From: Candidatus Profundicultor thermophilus
GTDB taxonomy: Bacteria > Atribacterota > Atribacteria > Atribacterales > Caldatribacteriaceae
Assembly: GCA_039638495.1 (NCBI GenBank)
Contig: JBDIWN010000001.1
Span: 1,582 to 65,581, forward strand
Direction of reading: 5' to 3'
DNA length: 64,000 bases
Shown here: positions 55,808 to 64,000 of the stretch, one piece after another
How positions within the stretch are numbered: the stretch's first letter is position 1
Layout of the letters: the number at the start of each line of letters is the position of its first letter
The notes under the pieces: model-generated
The model's database searches: none
Told to the model about the DNA's origin: nothing
Seen by the model: only the letters and a program-made list of their open reading frames with translations
Position numbers and translations under genes: made by a program

Positions 55808-57820
55808 ATGAAGGTTGTATCCCTCGCTTTACCGCTTCCCCTGTTTCGGGAGTTTTCCTATCTGGTTCCCCCTTCCTGGATTGATAGAGTGAAAGTCGGA
55901 AGTCTTGTGGAAGTTGAGTTCCACAAACGCCGTTTGATTGGTTTGGTGCATGCCTTCGAAGAGAAAGATACACATGAACTCAAACCGATTATCCGGGTTG
56001 TTCCCGTGTCACCTTGGATGGAGAAACGGATCGCCCTCGTTGAAAAGCTTGCTCAGATGTACTTTGCTCCTTTTGGGGAGGTGGCCAGTCTATTTTTTCC
56101 TCCTTTGTTGCGTTCTCTATGGCCACTTCTTGAAAGGCGGGCTTTTCTTGTCCGGGACCTGCCGGGATGGAATGGTTTCCCTCCCGGGGGCATGAACCTC
56201 TTTCTATTTCGTGAAACGTTCGGGTTGAGTGCATCCAGCTTACGGAAATTGTTCCGGGATGGTATTTTCCGGACCGAAGAAGAGGACTGGCAGCCCCGGG
56301 AGGTGATTTTTGGAGAGAGGGTTTTCCGCTTCTGGCGTATTGCTCTGAGAGAAGAGCGAATGGAATGGTTCAAGGGCTTAATTGCGAATGCATCAGGTGA
56401 GCGCAAGAAAGCACTCCTCATTTTTCCCGATTTTCAGAGTCTGGATACCTTTGAGGTGTTCCTGCGTAGCGAATTTCCAGAAAAACAGATTGTGAAATAC
56501 GATAGTCGTTTGAGTGCCACCCGCAGGATGGTGGTGTACCGGCTGGTTGAGGAGAGTCAGTATGAAATTATTCTGGGAACAAGATTGGCGCTTTTTTTGC
56601 CCATTCCCGATGTATACCTTTATGTCCTTTTTGATCCAGAAGCCCAAGGGCATTATTCAGAAAAGACTCCTCACTATCATGCGCTCCAGATTCTTTATGA
56701 GAACGTGCAGCAGAGAGGGGGAACATTGCATGTTGTGGGAGTGGTCCCCTCTCTGTGGATTTATCACCGGTTGTGTAGGGGTGAGTTTCAGGAAGGCGAT
56801 TTTGGGCATTCCCGTTTGGTGAGGACGAAAAAGGTCAAGACGATAGCGCTGGAAAAAAAGAGGCAACAACCCGCGATTGCTCCTTCGGTTCGGGAAAGCA
56901 TTGCTCGGGCTTTGGCACGGGGGGAAAAAGTCCTGGTTTGGGTGCAGAAAACAGGGTATGCTGCGGCTTTGGGCTGTCGGGATTGCGGATTTTATTATCT
57001 CTGTTCGGATTGCGAAGTGGCCCTGAGGTATCATCTGGATTTCAAGATTTTGTTTTGCCCTCTCTGTGGGAAAAAAGTGAAGCCGGACGATGTCTGTCCC
57101 AGGTGTAGGGGAACGTTCTGGGAAGGATGGGGAGAAGGTATAGAAAAGATATATGAGGAATTGCAGAAGTATTTTCCCAAAAATCGTTTGTTGCGAGTTG
57201 ACTCTGAGAGTCCTTGGAAGGAATCTCCCAAGGAGATACTGGAGTTTCCCGGTATTGTGGTTGGAACTTCGGGGATGCTGAAAGAAGACCTGTTGAGGGG
57301 AAGCGCTTTACTTGTCGTTCTTTCCTTTGAGGACTGGCTCTATCTCTCTGATTTCAATGCTCGAGATGAATTTTACGGTGAGCTGCATCGGGCTTTGTGG
57401 TTGATGGGAACCGATGCACAGAGTACTCCTCAGGTGCTCATTCAGGGTTCTTCAGAAGCTATTGCCAGAGTCGCGCGTTTTTTAAAACCTTGGAGGACTT
57501 TTTACGGGGAGAGTCTGCAAAAGAGAAAAGCACTGTGTTATCCTCCATTTTTTTGCCTGGTTCGGGTCATGGGTGAAAGCAGGAATAAGAATCGATGTAT
57601 TTTGGTTTTGAATTCGTTACGAAGTATAATGGAAGAGAATGGAGTAGGCGTGACTGGACCTTTTCCAGGGGCCGGTTTGCGGAGAAGGGGAAAGTGGACC
57701 GAGGAGTTGGATTTCAATTTTGAAGAGGAACGTTTGAAAGAGGTGTTTGAGCTTTTTTCGTGCTGGATGGTTTCTGTGGAAAGGGAAAGAATCCAATGGC
57801 GCTTTGAGGTGTACAGGTAG
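55808..57820 (+). CDS. priA: PriA-like primosomal protein with degenerate helicase motifs
   Basis: Colinear with PriA: N-terminal 3'-DNA-binding region (VEVEFHKRRLIGLV), YDSRLSATRR and ILGTRLALFLP segments, and a four-CxxC Cys-rich region (CRDC, CSDC, CPLC, CPRC). No GxGKT, DExH or QxxGRxGR motif is present. Confidence 0.75.
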   Translation: MKVVSLALPLPLFREFSYLVPPSWIDRVKVGSLVEVEFHKRRLIGLVHAFEEKDTHELKPIIRVVPVSPWMEKRIALVEKLAQMYFAPFGEVASLFFPPLLRSLWPLLERRAFLVRDLPGWNGFPPGGMNLFLFRETFGLSASSLRKLFRDGIFRTEEEDWQPREVIFGERVFRFWRIALREERMEWFKGLIANASGERKKALLIFPDFQSLDTFEVFLRSEFPEKQIVKYDSRLSATRRMVVYRLVEESQYEIILGTRLALFLPIPDVYLYVLFDPEAQGHYSEKTPHYHALQILYENVQQRGGTLHVVGVVPSLWIYHRLCRGEFQEGDFGHSRLVRTKKVKTIALEKKRQQPAIAPSVRESIARALARGEKVLVWVQKTGYAAALGCRDCGFYYLCSDCEVALRYHLDFKILFCPLCGKKVKPDDVCPRCRGTFWEGWGEGIEKIYEELQKYFPKNRLLRVDSESPWKESPKEILEFPGIVVGTSGMLKEDLLRGSALLVVLSFEDWLYLSDFNARDEFYGELHRALWLMGTDAQSTPQVLIQGSSEAIARVARFLKPWRTFYGESLQKRKALCYPPFFCLVRVMGESRNKNRCILVLNSLRSIMEENGVGVTGPFPGAGLRRRGKWTEELDFNFEEERLKEVFELFSCWMVSVERERIQWRFEVYR

Positions 57821-57837
57821 GGGGAGGCTTTTGGAAA

Positions 57838-58341
57838 ATGATCCGAACAATTGAACGATACGGGAGTGAAATCCTGAGGCAGAAGGCGCAACGAGTGGAT
57901 CATGTGGATGGAGCGATTCGTGCCATTCTTCAGGATATGAAGGAAACAATGCATGCCTTTTCTGGAGTGGGGCTGGCCGGGAATCAGGTTAGAGTTCCGC
58001 TTCGCCTTATTACCTTCATTCATCCCGATACCAAAGAAGACCTAGTGCTGGTTAATCCAGAACTTCTATGGCAAAGCGAAGAGAGGGAGGTGGGTGAAGA
58101 AGGGTGCTTGAGTGTCCCTGAGATTTATGCCAAGGTAGAACGGAGCCGAAAAATAACGGTTCGAGGTCTCGATGAGCAAGGTAAAGAAATGGTTTTTGAA
58201 GCCGAGGGATTTTTGGCTCGTGTTCTGCAGCATGAAATCGACCATCTGGACGGGGTTCTTTTCGTGGACCACTTGAGTCCTTCACGGAGATTACTTTTGG
58301 GGAATAAGCTCAAAAAAATTGCCCGGGGTAATGGTGAATGA
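57838..58341 (+). CDS. def: Peptide deformylase
   Basis: Motifs GVGLAGNQV, EGCLSVP and QHEIDHLDG. Confidence 0.95.
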   Translation: MIRTIERYGSEILRQKAQRVDHVDGAIRAILQDMKETMHAFSGVGLAGNQVRVPLRLITFIHPDTKEDLVLVNPELLWQSEEREVGEEGCLSVPEIYAKVERSRKITVRGLDEQGKEMVFEAEGFLARVLQHEIDHLDGVLFVDHLSPSRRLLLGNKLKKIARGNGE

Positions 58342-58344
58342 TAT

Positions 58345-59280
58345 ATGAAGGTTGTTTTTATGGGTACCTCGCCCTTTGCAGTTTTGGTTCTTGAGGAGAT
58401 GCTCAAAAGTAATGACTTTACCATCCAGACAGTTGTTACGAAACCAGCCTGCCGGGCTGGAAGAGGGCAAAAAATTGTGCCTTCACCGGTCTGTGTCAAG
58501 GCGCAAGAACGAGGAATCCCGGTTATGGAACCCCCTCGAGTCAACGATCCGAACTCGCTTGAGGCTTTTCGAGTTCTTCTTCCGGATATTGTGGTGGTGG
58601 CAGCCTACGGGCAGATTTTAAAACGGGCAATTCTTTCTCTTCCCCATCTTGGCTGTGTGAATGTGCATGCATCACTTTTACCCCGTTATCGAGGTGCTGA
58701 CCCTATTCGATGGACTTTACTCAATGGAGATAAGGAGAGCGGGGTGAGCTTGATGCTTATGGATGAGGGGATTGATACTGGGCCTTTACTGGCTCAAAGA
58801 AGAGTCCAGATTGAAGAAGGTGACACGTATTCCTCTTTACTCCATAAACTGGGTATTTTGGGGGGGAAGATGGTTTGCGAAGTTCTTCCTCTTTGGGCGA
58901 AAGGGGCTATTACTCCCTTTTCACAGGAAGGCGAGGTTTCGTATGCCCCGATGATAACGAAAGAGATGGCCAAGATTTCGTGGGAAAAAGAAGCGCGGAT
59001 CATCGTGAACCAGATACGGGCATTTTCCCTCTCTCCGGGGGCTTATACCTTCTTTCAAGAAAGGCGAGTTAAAATTCTGGAGGGGTTCCTTGCCGGTCAG
59101 GAAGGGAACTCTTTGTCGCCTGGCACGATATTGGACATTGAGAAGAAAAAGGGGATTGTAGTTCAGGCAGGAAGGGGTACGGTCGGCATCCGTACCGTCC
59201 AGGTGGAGGGCCGAAAACCCATGTCTTTCTGGGATTTTTATTGTGGATATCGACTGAAAGTTGGAGATCAGTTTCAATGA
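58345..59280 (+). CDS. fmt: Methionyl-tRNA formyltransferase
   Basis: MKVVFMGTSPFAV, the HASLLPRYRGADPI motif, and a C-terminal beta-barrel domain. Confidence 0.95.
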   Translation: MKVVFMGTSPFAVLVLEEMLKSNDFTIQTVVTKPACRAGRGQKIVPSPVCVKAQERGIPVMEPPRVNDPNSLEAFRVLLPDIVVVAAYGQILKRAILSLPHLGCVNVHASLLPRYRGADPIRWTLLNGDKESGVSLMLMDEGIDTGPLLAQRRVQIEEGDTYSSLLHKLGILGGKMVCEVLPLWAKGAITPFSQEGEVSYAPMITKEMAKISWEKEARIIVNQIRAFSLSPGAYTFFQERRVKILEGFLAGQEGNSLSPGTILDIEKKKGIVVQAGRGTVGIRTVQVEGRKPMSFWDFYCGYRLKVGDQFQ

Positions 59281-59294
59281 GGAGGTGAGACGGG

Positions 59295-59978
59295 GTGTTT
59301 TTCCTTCCCTTTGATTATACGTTTTTGTTGCTGATTCCAGCTCTGGTGCTCGCCTTTTATGCTCAGGGTAGGGTGACGAACACCTATGCGTTCCTTTCTC
59401 GGAAGCGCGCCCAGGCTGGTCTTTCCGGATGGCAGGTGGCTCAGGAGTTGTTGAATACTTTAGGTCTACACCTTAAGGTGGAAGAAATTCCCGGTTCGCT
59501 CACCGACCACTATGACCCCAGTAAAGGTGTGCTTCGTCTGTCTTCTTCGGTGGCGCGGGGTACATCGATTGCTGACTACGGGATTGTGGCACATGAAATC
59601 GGACATGTGATGCAAAAGAAGGAAGGGTATGCGCTTTTTGCCTTTCGTTCTGCTCTGGTTCCAGTGGCTGGTTTTGGCTCCCAGCTCGCGTTACCACTCT
59701 TTTTTATCGGGTTGATCTTTGTCATTCGCCCGCTTATGGACCTGGGGATTCTCTTTTTCAGTTTCGCCGTACTGTTTCAGCTGGCTACACTCCCGGTAGA
59801 GTACGATGCAAGCCGAAGAGCGATGGTTCTTTTGGAGAGAACAGGTCTTTTGGGTTTCGAAGAAAAACCGCTGGCACAGAAAATGCTCAGCGCTGCAGCA
59901 TTGACCTATGTGGCGGCCGCAGCCGTGGCCGCTTTGCAGTTACTCCGACTCTTTTTACTCCGGGAGAGTCGTGATTGA
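59295..59978 (+). CDS. Membrane zinc metallopeptidase (Zn_peptidase_2 / YugP-like family)
   Basis: GTG start. LTDHYDP...LRLS and HEIGH zinc motif, followed by hydrophobic C-terminal segments. Confidence 0.75.
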   Translation: MFFLPFDYTFLLLIPALVLAFYAQGRVTNTYAFLSRKRAQAGLSGWQVAQELLNTLGLHLKVEEIPGSLTDHYDPSKGVLRLSSSVARGTSIADYGIVAHEIGHVMQKKEGYALFAFRSALVPVAGFGSQLALPLFFIGLIFVIRPLMDLGILFFSFAVLFQLATLPVEYDASRRAMVLLERTGLLGFEEKPLAQKMLSAAALTYVAAAAVAALQLLRLFLLRESRD

Positions 59979-61309
59979 GCGAACGATATCGCCTCGACGC
60001 GGTCTCGATTCTCAACCGGTTTTATCAGAGGAAGATTTGTTTCTTGGAAGAGGGATACAATGGGTTTTTTGCCAGACGTTTGTATTCCCCTCGAGAGCGG
60101 AGTCTTCTGGTAAGTGTGGTGCGGGGAACGGTGAAAACCAAGGCACACCTTGAAGGGATCCTTCGTGGCCATTTACCGAAATGGGAACGGCTGCCTCTGG
60201 CGATTCAGAATCTTCTTCGGTTGGCTCTGTTTCAGATGATTTTTCATTCGGGAATTCCGGTTTTCGCCACGGTTCATGAATGGGTGGAAGTAACCAAAAG
60301 TTTGCCAAATAGGGAATTTGTTCCTCTGGTGAACGCCGTTCTGAGGAAAGTTGGAGAAGAGATTCCCAACTATCGGGAAAAAGCGCTGGAGTGGGGCATG
60401 ATACTGCCAGACTGGATAGAGGAGGAATGGAAAGCGCTTTTTCCAGAAGACCAAGCGGAAATCAAACGTTCTTTGATGCTCCCCCCTGAAACCCATGTTC
60501 GGGTGAATACCCTCCGTATCGGAAAAGATGCACTTCGAAAGCGGCTTGAGCACTATGGCATGCTGGTGGAAGAGATTCCCGGTCTCCCTTTCACCCTTCG
60601 AGTAGAGGGGGAATCGTCAGTCTTGTTTACCATTCCGGAGTGGCAAGAAGGACTTTTCTATCTCCAGGATGTGGGTTCGCAGGTGGTGACGATGCTCTGT
60701 AATCCCTCTGCTGGGGAGAGAATTGTGGATCTTTGTTGTGGGGTAGGAGGGAAATCGACGGCTTTTGCCCAACTGATGGGGGATCGGGGTGAAATTTTTG
60801 CCTGGGACTGGGACTCCAAAAAAATTGAGGTATTACGACATTTCATCTCCCGTATGGGAATAAAGAGTATTGTTCCAGCGGTCGTGGATGGATTCAAACC
60901 ACCTGAGGAGTTTTTGGAGAGTGCTGACCGGGTTTTTCTCGATGCTCCCTGTTCCGGTTTGGGAACGTTACGCCGACATCCTGAGGTTTTAGAAAGAACG
61001 GACCAAAATACGGTCAGGGCATTGGCTGAAAAGCAACTGAATTTGTTGTTGTCGGCTTCTCGTTTAGTAAAAAGAGGAGGTATAATACTATATTGTGTTT
61101 GTGCTCTGAGCATGGAAGAGACCGAGGGTGTGGTGAGGAAGTTTGAGGAACAAATGAGAGGCGAATTTGAAAGAATTTCGGAACGAGTGATGGATGGCGA
61201 AGGAACAGCTTTTTCCCATTTCAGTCTGGTGAGCGATGGAGGTATCTTTATCCTCCCTCACCGGATGAGGAATGACGGATTTTTCGTAGCGATATGGAAG
61301 AAAAAGTGA
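59975..61309 (+). CDS. rsmB: 16S rRNA (cytosine967-C5)-methyltransferase
   Basis: TTGA overlap. NusB-like N-domain, SAM motif DLCCGVGGKS, catalytic LDAPCSGLGTLRRHPE, and second Cys YCVCAL. Confidence 0.9.
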   Translation: MSERYRLDAVSILNRFYQRKICFLEEGYNGFFARRLYSPRERSLLVSVVRGTVKTKAHLEGILRGHLPKWERLPLAIQNLLRLALFQMIFHSGIPVFATVHEWVEVTKSLPNREFVPLVNAVLRKVGEEIPNYREKALEWGMILPDWIEEEWKALFPEDQAEIKRSLMLPPETHVRVNTLRIGKDALRKRLEHYGMLVEEIPGLPFTLRVEGESSVLFTIPEWQEGLFYLQDVGSQVVTMLCNPSAGERIVDLCCGVGGKSTAFAQLMGDRGEIFAWDWDSKKIEVLRHFISRMGIKSIVPAVVDGFKPPEEFLESADRVFLDAPCSGLGTLRRHPEVLERTDQNTVRALAEKQLNLLLSASRLVKRGGIILYCVCALSMEETEGVVRKFEEQMRGEFERISERVMDGEGTAFSHFSLVSDGGIFILPHRMRNDGFFVAIWKKK

Positions 61310-62346
61310 GAGACCGGAGAAAAGAGGATACTTTGTCTTTGTTTGCCCGGGGTGTGGCGTATATTTTCCTTTTTGTCCTGGGGTTGGCCTTGAGTGCATA
61401 TTTGAGTTTGGTGCTTTTCCAGTGGTACCTGGAAGGGGGTACGGTGGTGCTCCCAGACTTTCGAAGTCAGGACCTGATCGAAGTTATTAATAACGCGGCT
61501 CGGCTGGGTTTACAGGTGGAAGTAAAAAAACTGGAGTACGATCCCCAAACACCGTTGAATTTGGTGTTAAGTCAGGATCCTCAGCCAGGAAGCACGGTGA
61601 AAAGAGGGAGCCGAATTTGGGTGGTGGTGAATGGTGGGGGTACGATAGTTGGGCATGGTGGGGGTTCTTCAGGTGGTATGGCAATTGTTCCGGATCTACG
61701 AGAAAAGAATCTAGAGGAAGTCGAAATGATACTGCGTGAGCATGGATTACAATTAGGAAGGGTGGTTGAGGCAACCCATGACCGTGTTCCTCGTGGATAT
61801 GTGATTTCTCAGAATCCACCTCCCCAAAGCAAGATTTTCCAGGGAGAAAAGGTGAATCTTCTCGTTAGCAAAGGAAGTGAAGCTGCACGGGATAACGCTG
61901 TGGTAAAAGTTCCTGACCTGGTCGGTCTGAAGCTTGAAGAGGCCAAAGTTCTTTTGGCTCAGGAAGGGCTTCGTGTTGGTACCGTGGAAGAAATACCAGC
62001 CGGAGAACGGCGGGCAGGGATTGTTGTTGACCAGAATCCTTCGTCTGGAGAGGAAGTGGAGGTAGGGCAAAGTATCAATGTATGGGTTAGCAAGGGTCCC
62101 TCAGAATCAGCTGGTTCTCAGGTGATGTCTGGGGCGAAGGAGTTGAGTTTGCGCTTTGTGTTGCCTGATTCTCGAGTTCCTATTGAGGTGAAGGTTGTGG
62201 TCAGTGATGAACTGGGGGAAAGGGTACTCTACGAGAAAACCCATCAGGGAGGGGAGCTGGTCGAGTTTTCTGCTCCCACGAAAGGCAAGGGAAAGGTGGT
62301 TATTTTCCTCAACGGCTACTATTATTGGGAAAAGGCTTTGGAGTAA
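61294..62346 (+). CDS. Membrane-anchored PASTA-domain protein without kinase domain
   Basis: Short basic N-terminus, one TM (VAYIFLFVLGLALSAYLSLVLF), then three PASTA-like repeats (VLPDFRSQDL..., IVPDLREKNL..., KVPDLVGLKL...) and a ~80-aa beta-rich C-terminal domain. Confidence 0.75.
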   Translation: MEEKVRDRRKEDTLSLFARGVAYIFLFVLGLALSAYLSLVLFQWYLEGGTVVLPDFRSQDLIEVINNAARLGLQVEVKKLEYDPQTPLNLVLSQDPQPGSTVKRGSRIWVVVNGGGTIVGHGGGSSGGMAIVPDLREKNLEEVEMILREHGLQLGRVVEATHDRVPRGYVISQNPPPQSKIFQGEKVNLLVSKGSEAARDNAVVKVPDLVGLKLEEAKVLLAQEGLRVGTVEEIPAGERRAGIVVDQNPSSGEEVEVGQSINVWVSKGPSESAGSQVMSGAKELSLRFVLPDSRVPIEVKVVVSDELGERVLYEKTHQGGELVEFSAPTKGKGKVVIFLNGYYYWEKALE

Positions 62347-62364
62347 ATACGAAGGAGGAAAGGG

Positions 62365-63030
62365 ATGGCAAAACTGGCACCTTCGATTCTATCCTGTGAT
62401 TTTTCTCGTCTCCGCGAAGAGCTCCTTTTGGCAAAAGAGGGAGGAGCAGAGGTGATTCACATCGATGTGATGGATGGGCATTTCGTTCCCAATCTGACCT
62501 TTGGACCCTTGATGGTTGAAGCTGTGCGCAAAATTCTTCCTGAAGCCATCCTCGATGTGCACCTCATGATTTCCAATCCTCGTTCGTATATCAGAGATTT
62601 TGCTCAGGCTGGAGCCGACATGCTCAGTTTCCATGTGGAAGCGGTGGAGGATTTTGACGCTGTCATTCACGAAGTCGAAAAACAGGCATTGAAACCTGGT
62701 GTAGCGCTTTGTCCAGGAACACCCCTCAGTACGATTGACCATGTTCTGGAAAGACTGGCTTTTGTGCTCCTACTTACGGTGAACCCAGGATTTGGAGGAC
62801 AGAAGTTCCTCGCTGGGATGGAGGAAAAGATTGTGGTTCTGAGAAGGAAGATTCGAGAGAAAGGGCTCTCCACCGACGTTGAAATTGATGGAGGCGTTAA
62901 CGAACAAAACATCACCTTTTTAGCTTCTCGAGGGGCTTCTATCATCGTTGCAGGGTCTCTCATTTTTGCTCGTAAGGCAGAGATTCGAGAACGAGTGCGG
63001 CGGCTTTCAGAAATGATCCAGGCTTTTTAA
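62365..63030 (+). CDS. rpe: Ribulose-phosphate 3-epimerase
   Basis: APSILSCDF, HIDVMDGHFVPN, VNPGFGGQKF and EIDGGVN motifs. Confidence 0.95.
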   Translation: MAKLAPSILSCDFSRLREELLLAKEGGAEVIHIDVMDGHFVPNLTFGPLMVEAVRKILPEAILDVHLMISNPRSYIRDFAQAGADMLSFHVEAVEDFDAVIHEVEKQALKPGVALCPGTPLSTIDHVLERLAFVLLLTVNPGFGGQKFLAGMEEKIVVLRRKIREKGLSTDVEIDGGVNEQNITFLASRGASIIVAGSLIFARKAEIRERVRRLSEMIQAF

Positions 63031-63033
63031 AAG

Positions 63034-63063
63034 GAGCGTCCCGCTGGTTTTGGCGGGACGCTC
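63034..63063. terminator. Hairpin between convergent rpe and rpmB (bidirectional terminator candidate)
   Basis: GAGCGTCCCGC (63034-63044), an 8-nt loop, then GCGGGACGCTC (63053-63063). On the minus strand it is followed by CTTTTAAAAAG. The right arm touches the rpmB stop codon. Confidence 0.6.
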
Positions 63064-63248
63064 TATGCCTTTTTCACTTTTCCTGCCTTGAGACAGGACG
63101 TACACACCGAAACCCTCTCTACCCTTCCGTTAATAAGGGTTCTTACTTTTTGAATATTGGGACGCCAAATTCGCCGGCTGACTTTGTGGGAGTGACTAAT
63201 TTGGTGTCCAAAGACCGCCGTTTTTCCACAGATTTCGCATTTGGCCAT
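63063..63248 (-). CDS. rpmB: 50S ribosomal protein L28
   Basis: Start ATG 63248 after AAGGTGAG. MAKCEICGKTAVFGHQISHSHKVSRRIWRPNIQ is the conserved L28 N-terminus, Zn-ribbon (C+) type with CxxC...CxxC. Confidence 0.95.
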   Translation of the reverse strand: MAKCEICGKTAVFGHQISHSHKVSRRIWRPNIQKVRTLINGRVERVSVCTSCLKAGKVKKA

Positions 63249-63397
63249 TTTTCTCACCTTCTTGCGTATTTTGCGATAGCGATGAAAATATACCAGTTTT
63301 TCGGGTGAACTGCAAGCTTTTTATTTTTAATCTGTTGCAACACATTTTCTTGTCTGTCCTTCTGGTTATGGCTAAAATAGGGAGGGCTGGTAGAACT

Positions 63398-64000
63398 ATG
63401 GAAGTGGACCAGAATAATCTCGTTTTGAAAATTCTCAATCGGGAAAAGCAGAAATGTGATGATACCTCCGTCATCGGCGGTTTTTCCTCTTTCCTGAAAA
63501 ACTGGTTTACGCAGCAGGGGAGCGAAGAAGCCTTACAGTTTGTTCCGCTTCTTGAAGCATATCCTGCGCTGGGGATAGGCAAAAAAAGAGAACTTCTGGC
63601 CAAGATCGAGGATTTTCTGAATGGGAAAGTTATGGTGCCATCTCCGACCAAACTGGCTACCAAGAATTCGTTGCTTGACCTCCATCAGCCGGTGCGCTAC
63701 CTCAAAGGAGTCGGTCCAGCTTTAGAGAAAAAGTTCCACCGTCTCGGGATTCGGACTGTAGAGGACCTCCTTTGTTTTTTCCCTCGAGCTTACCGGGACC
63801 GAGGTGAAATGAAGCCCATTGCAAAATTGACCGGGAAGTCCATAGAGACTATTCAGGGAGTGGTGGTTGACCATAAGCGACAGCATACCCGGAGGGGAAT
63901 GCTTTTGAAGATTGTGGTACGGGACGACACCGGAGTGGTGACTCTGGTGTGTTTTAATCGGGATTACCTTGCTCAGGTTTTGCGTAAGGGGATACCAGTG
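63398..64000 (+). CDS. recG: ATP-dependent DNA helicase RecG, 3' end outside window
   Basis: Not in the ORF track because there is no stop in the window. My translation from ATG 63398 gives MEVDQNNLVLKIL...PVRYLKGVGPALEKKFHRLGIRTVEDLLCFFPRAYRDRG...VVRDDTGVVTLVCFN, the RecG N-terminal/wedge pattern. An in-frame ATG at 63368 is also possible. Confidence 0.8.
   Translation, partial: MEVDQNNLVLKILNREKQKCDDTSVIGGFSSFLKNWFTQQGSEEALQFVPLLEAYPALGIGKKRELLAKIEDFLNGKVMVPSPTKLATKNSLLDLHQPVRYLKGVGPALEKKFHRLGIRTVEDLLCFFPRAYRDRGEMKPIAKLTGKSIETIQGVVVDHKRQHTRRGMLLKIVVRDDTGVVTLVCFNRDYLAQVLRKGIPV

Noticed and set aside
63350-63378. TTGTCT-17-TAAAAT as a recG promoter
   Set aside because: The hexamers are acceptable, but the predicted TSS would fall within or after the GGGAGGG RBS for ATG 63398. 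I could not reconcile the geometry, so it is not listed as a feature.
1-64000. Looked for CRISPR arrays, IS/transposase or integrase genes, prophage genes, toxin-antitoxin pairs, rRNA, and long direct or inverted repeats
   Set aside because: None is evident by eye. Every gap over 60 nt is accounted for by promoters, leaders or the tRNA. A computational repeat and ncRNA scan (Infernal/Rfam, self-dotplot) would be needed to exclude short dispersed repeats.

Overview
Chromosomal, mostly housekeeping segment of a bacterium. The protein composition and gene content suggest a thermophilic anaerobe, but the lineage cannot be named from sequence alone. I call 65 protein genes (60 on the + strand), one tRNA-Leu(UAG), and no rRNA, CRISPR array or mobile element. 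Genes are tightly packed, with many NTGA start/stop overlaps.

Gene order, left to right:
- V-type ATPase subunits B (5' partial) and D, then a metallophosphoesterase.
- A complete livJHMGF branched-chain amino acid transporter.
- A minus-strand TolB-like / thioredoxin-like envelope pair.
- A translationally coupled chain: cytidylate-kinase-like fusion, hpt, hisC, HAD, nrdJ.
- A minus-strand LpxB-related glycosyltransferase.
- thrC-thrB-lysC-asd, tRNA-Leu, tig-clpP-clpX, valS and a SPOR protein.
- A five-gene sensory-[FeFe]-hydrogenase-like module.
- A full dcw cluster (mraZ to ftsZ), followed by a radical SAM gene, yggS, proC, divIVA, lspA and rluD.
- A block collinear with Bacillus subtilis yloA-recG: rqcH, yicC, gmk, rpoZ, coaBC, priA, def, fmt, rsmB, PASTA protein, rpe, rpmB, recG (3' partial).

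Most interesting observations:
1. The orphan DRTGG / RsbW-like kinase / HydA-like / DRTGG / PHP module directly upstream of mraZ. This is the best candidate for an uncharacterised signalling system.
2. A PriA homologue whose ATPase/helicase motifs all appear degenerate.
3. A kinase-less PASTA protein sitting in the prkC position.
4. A cytidylate-kinase-like protein fused to a possible PD-(D/E)xK-like domain.
5. A T9 homopolymer that separates an ATGA-coupled ATG from the ftsQ reading frame.
6. A consensus promoter followed by a terminator-like hairpin in the tig leader.

All family assignments rest on motif recognition by eye. No database search was run.
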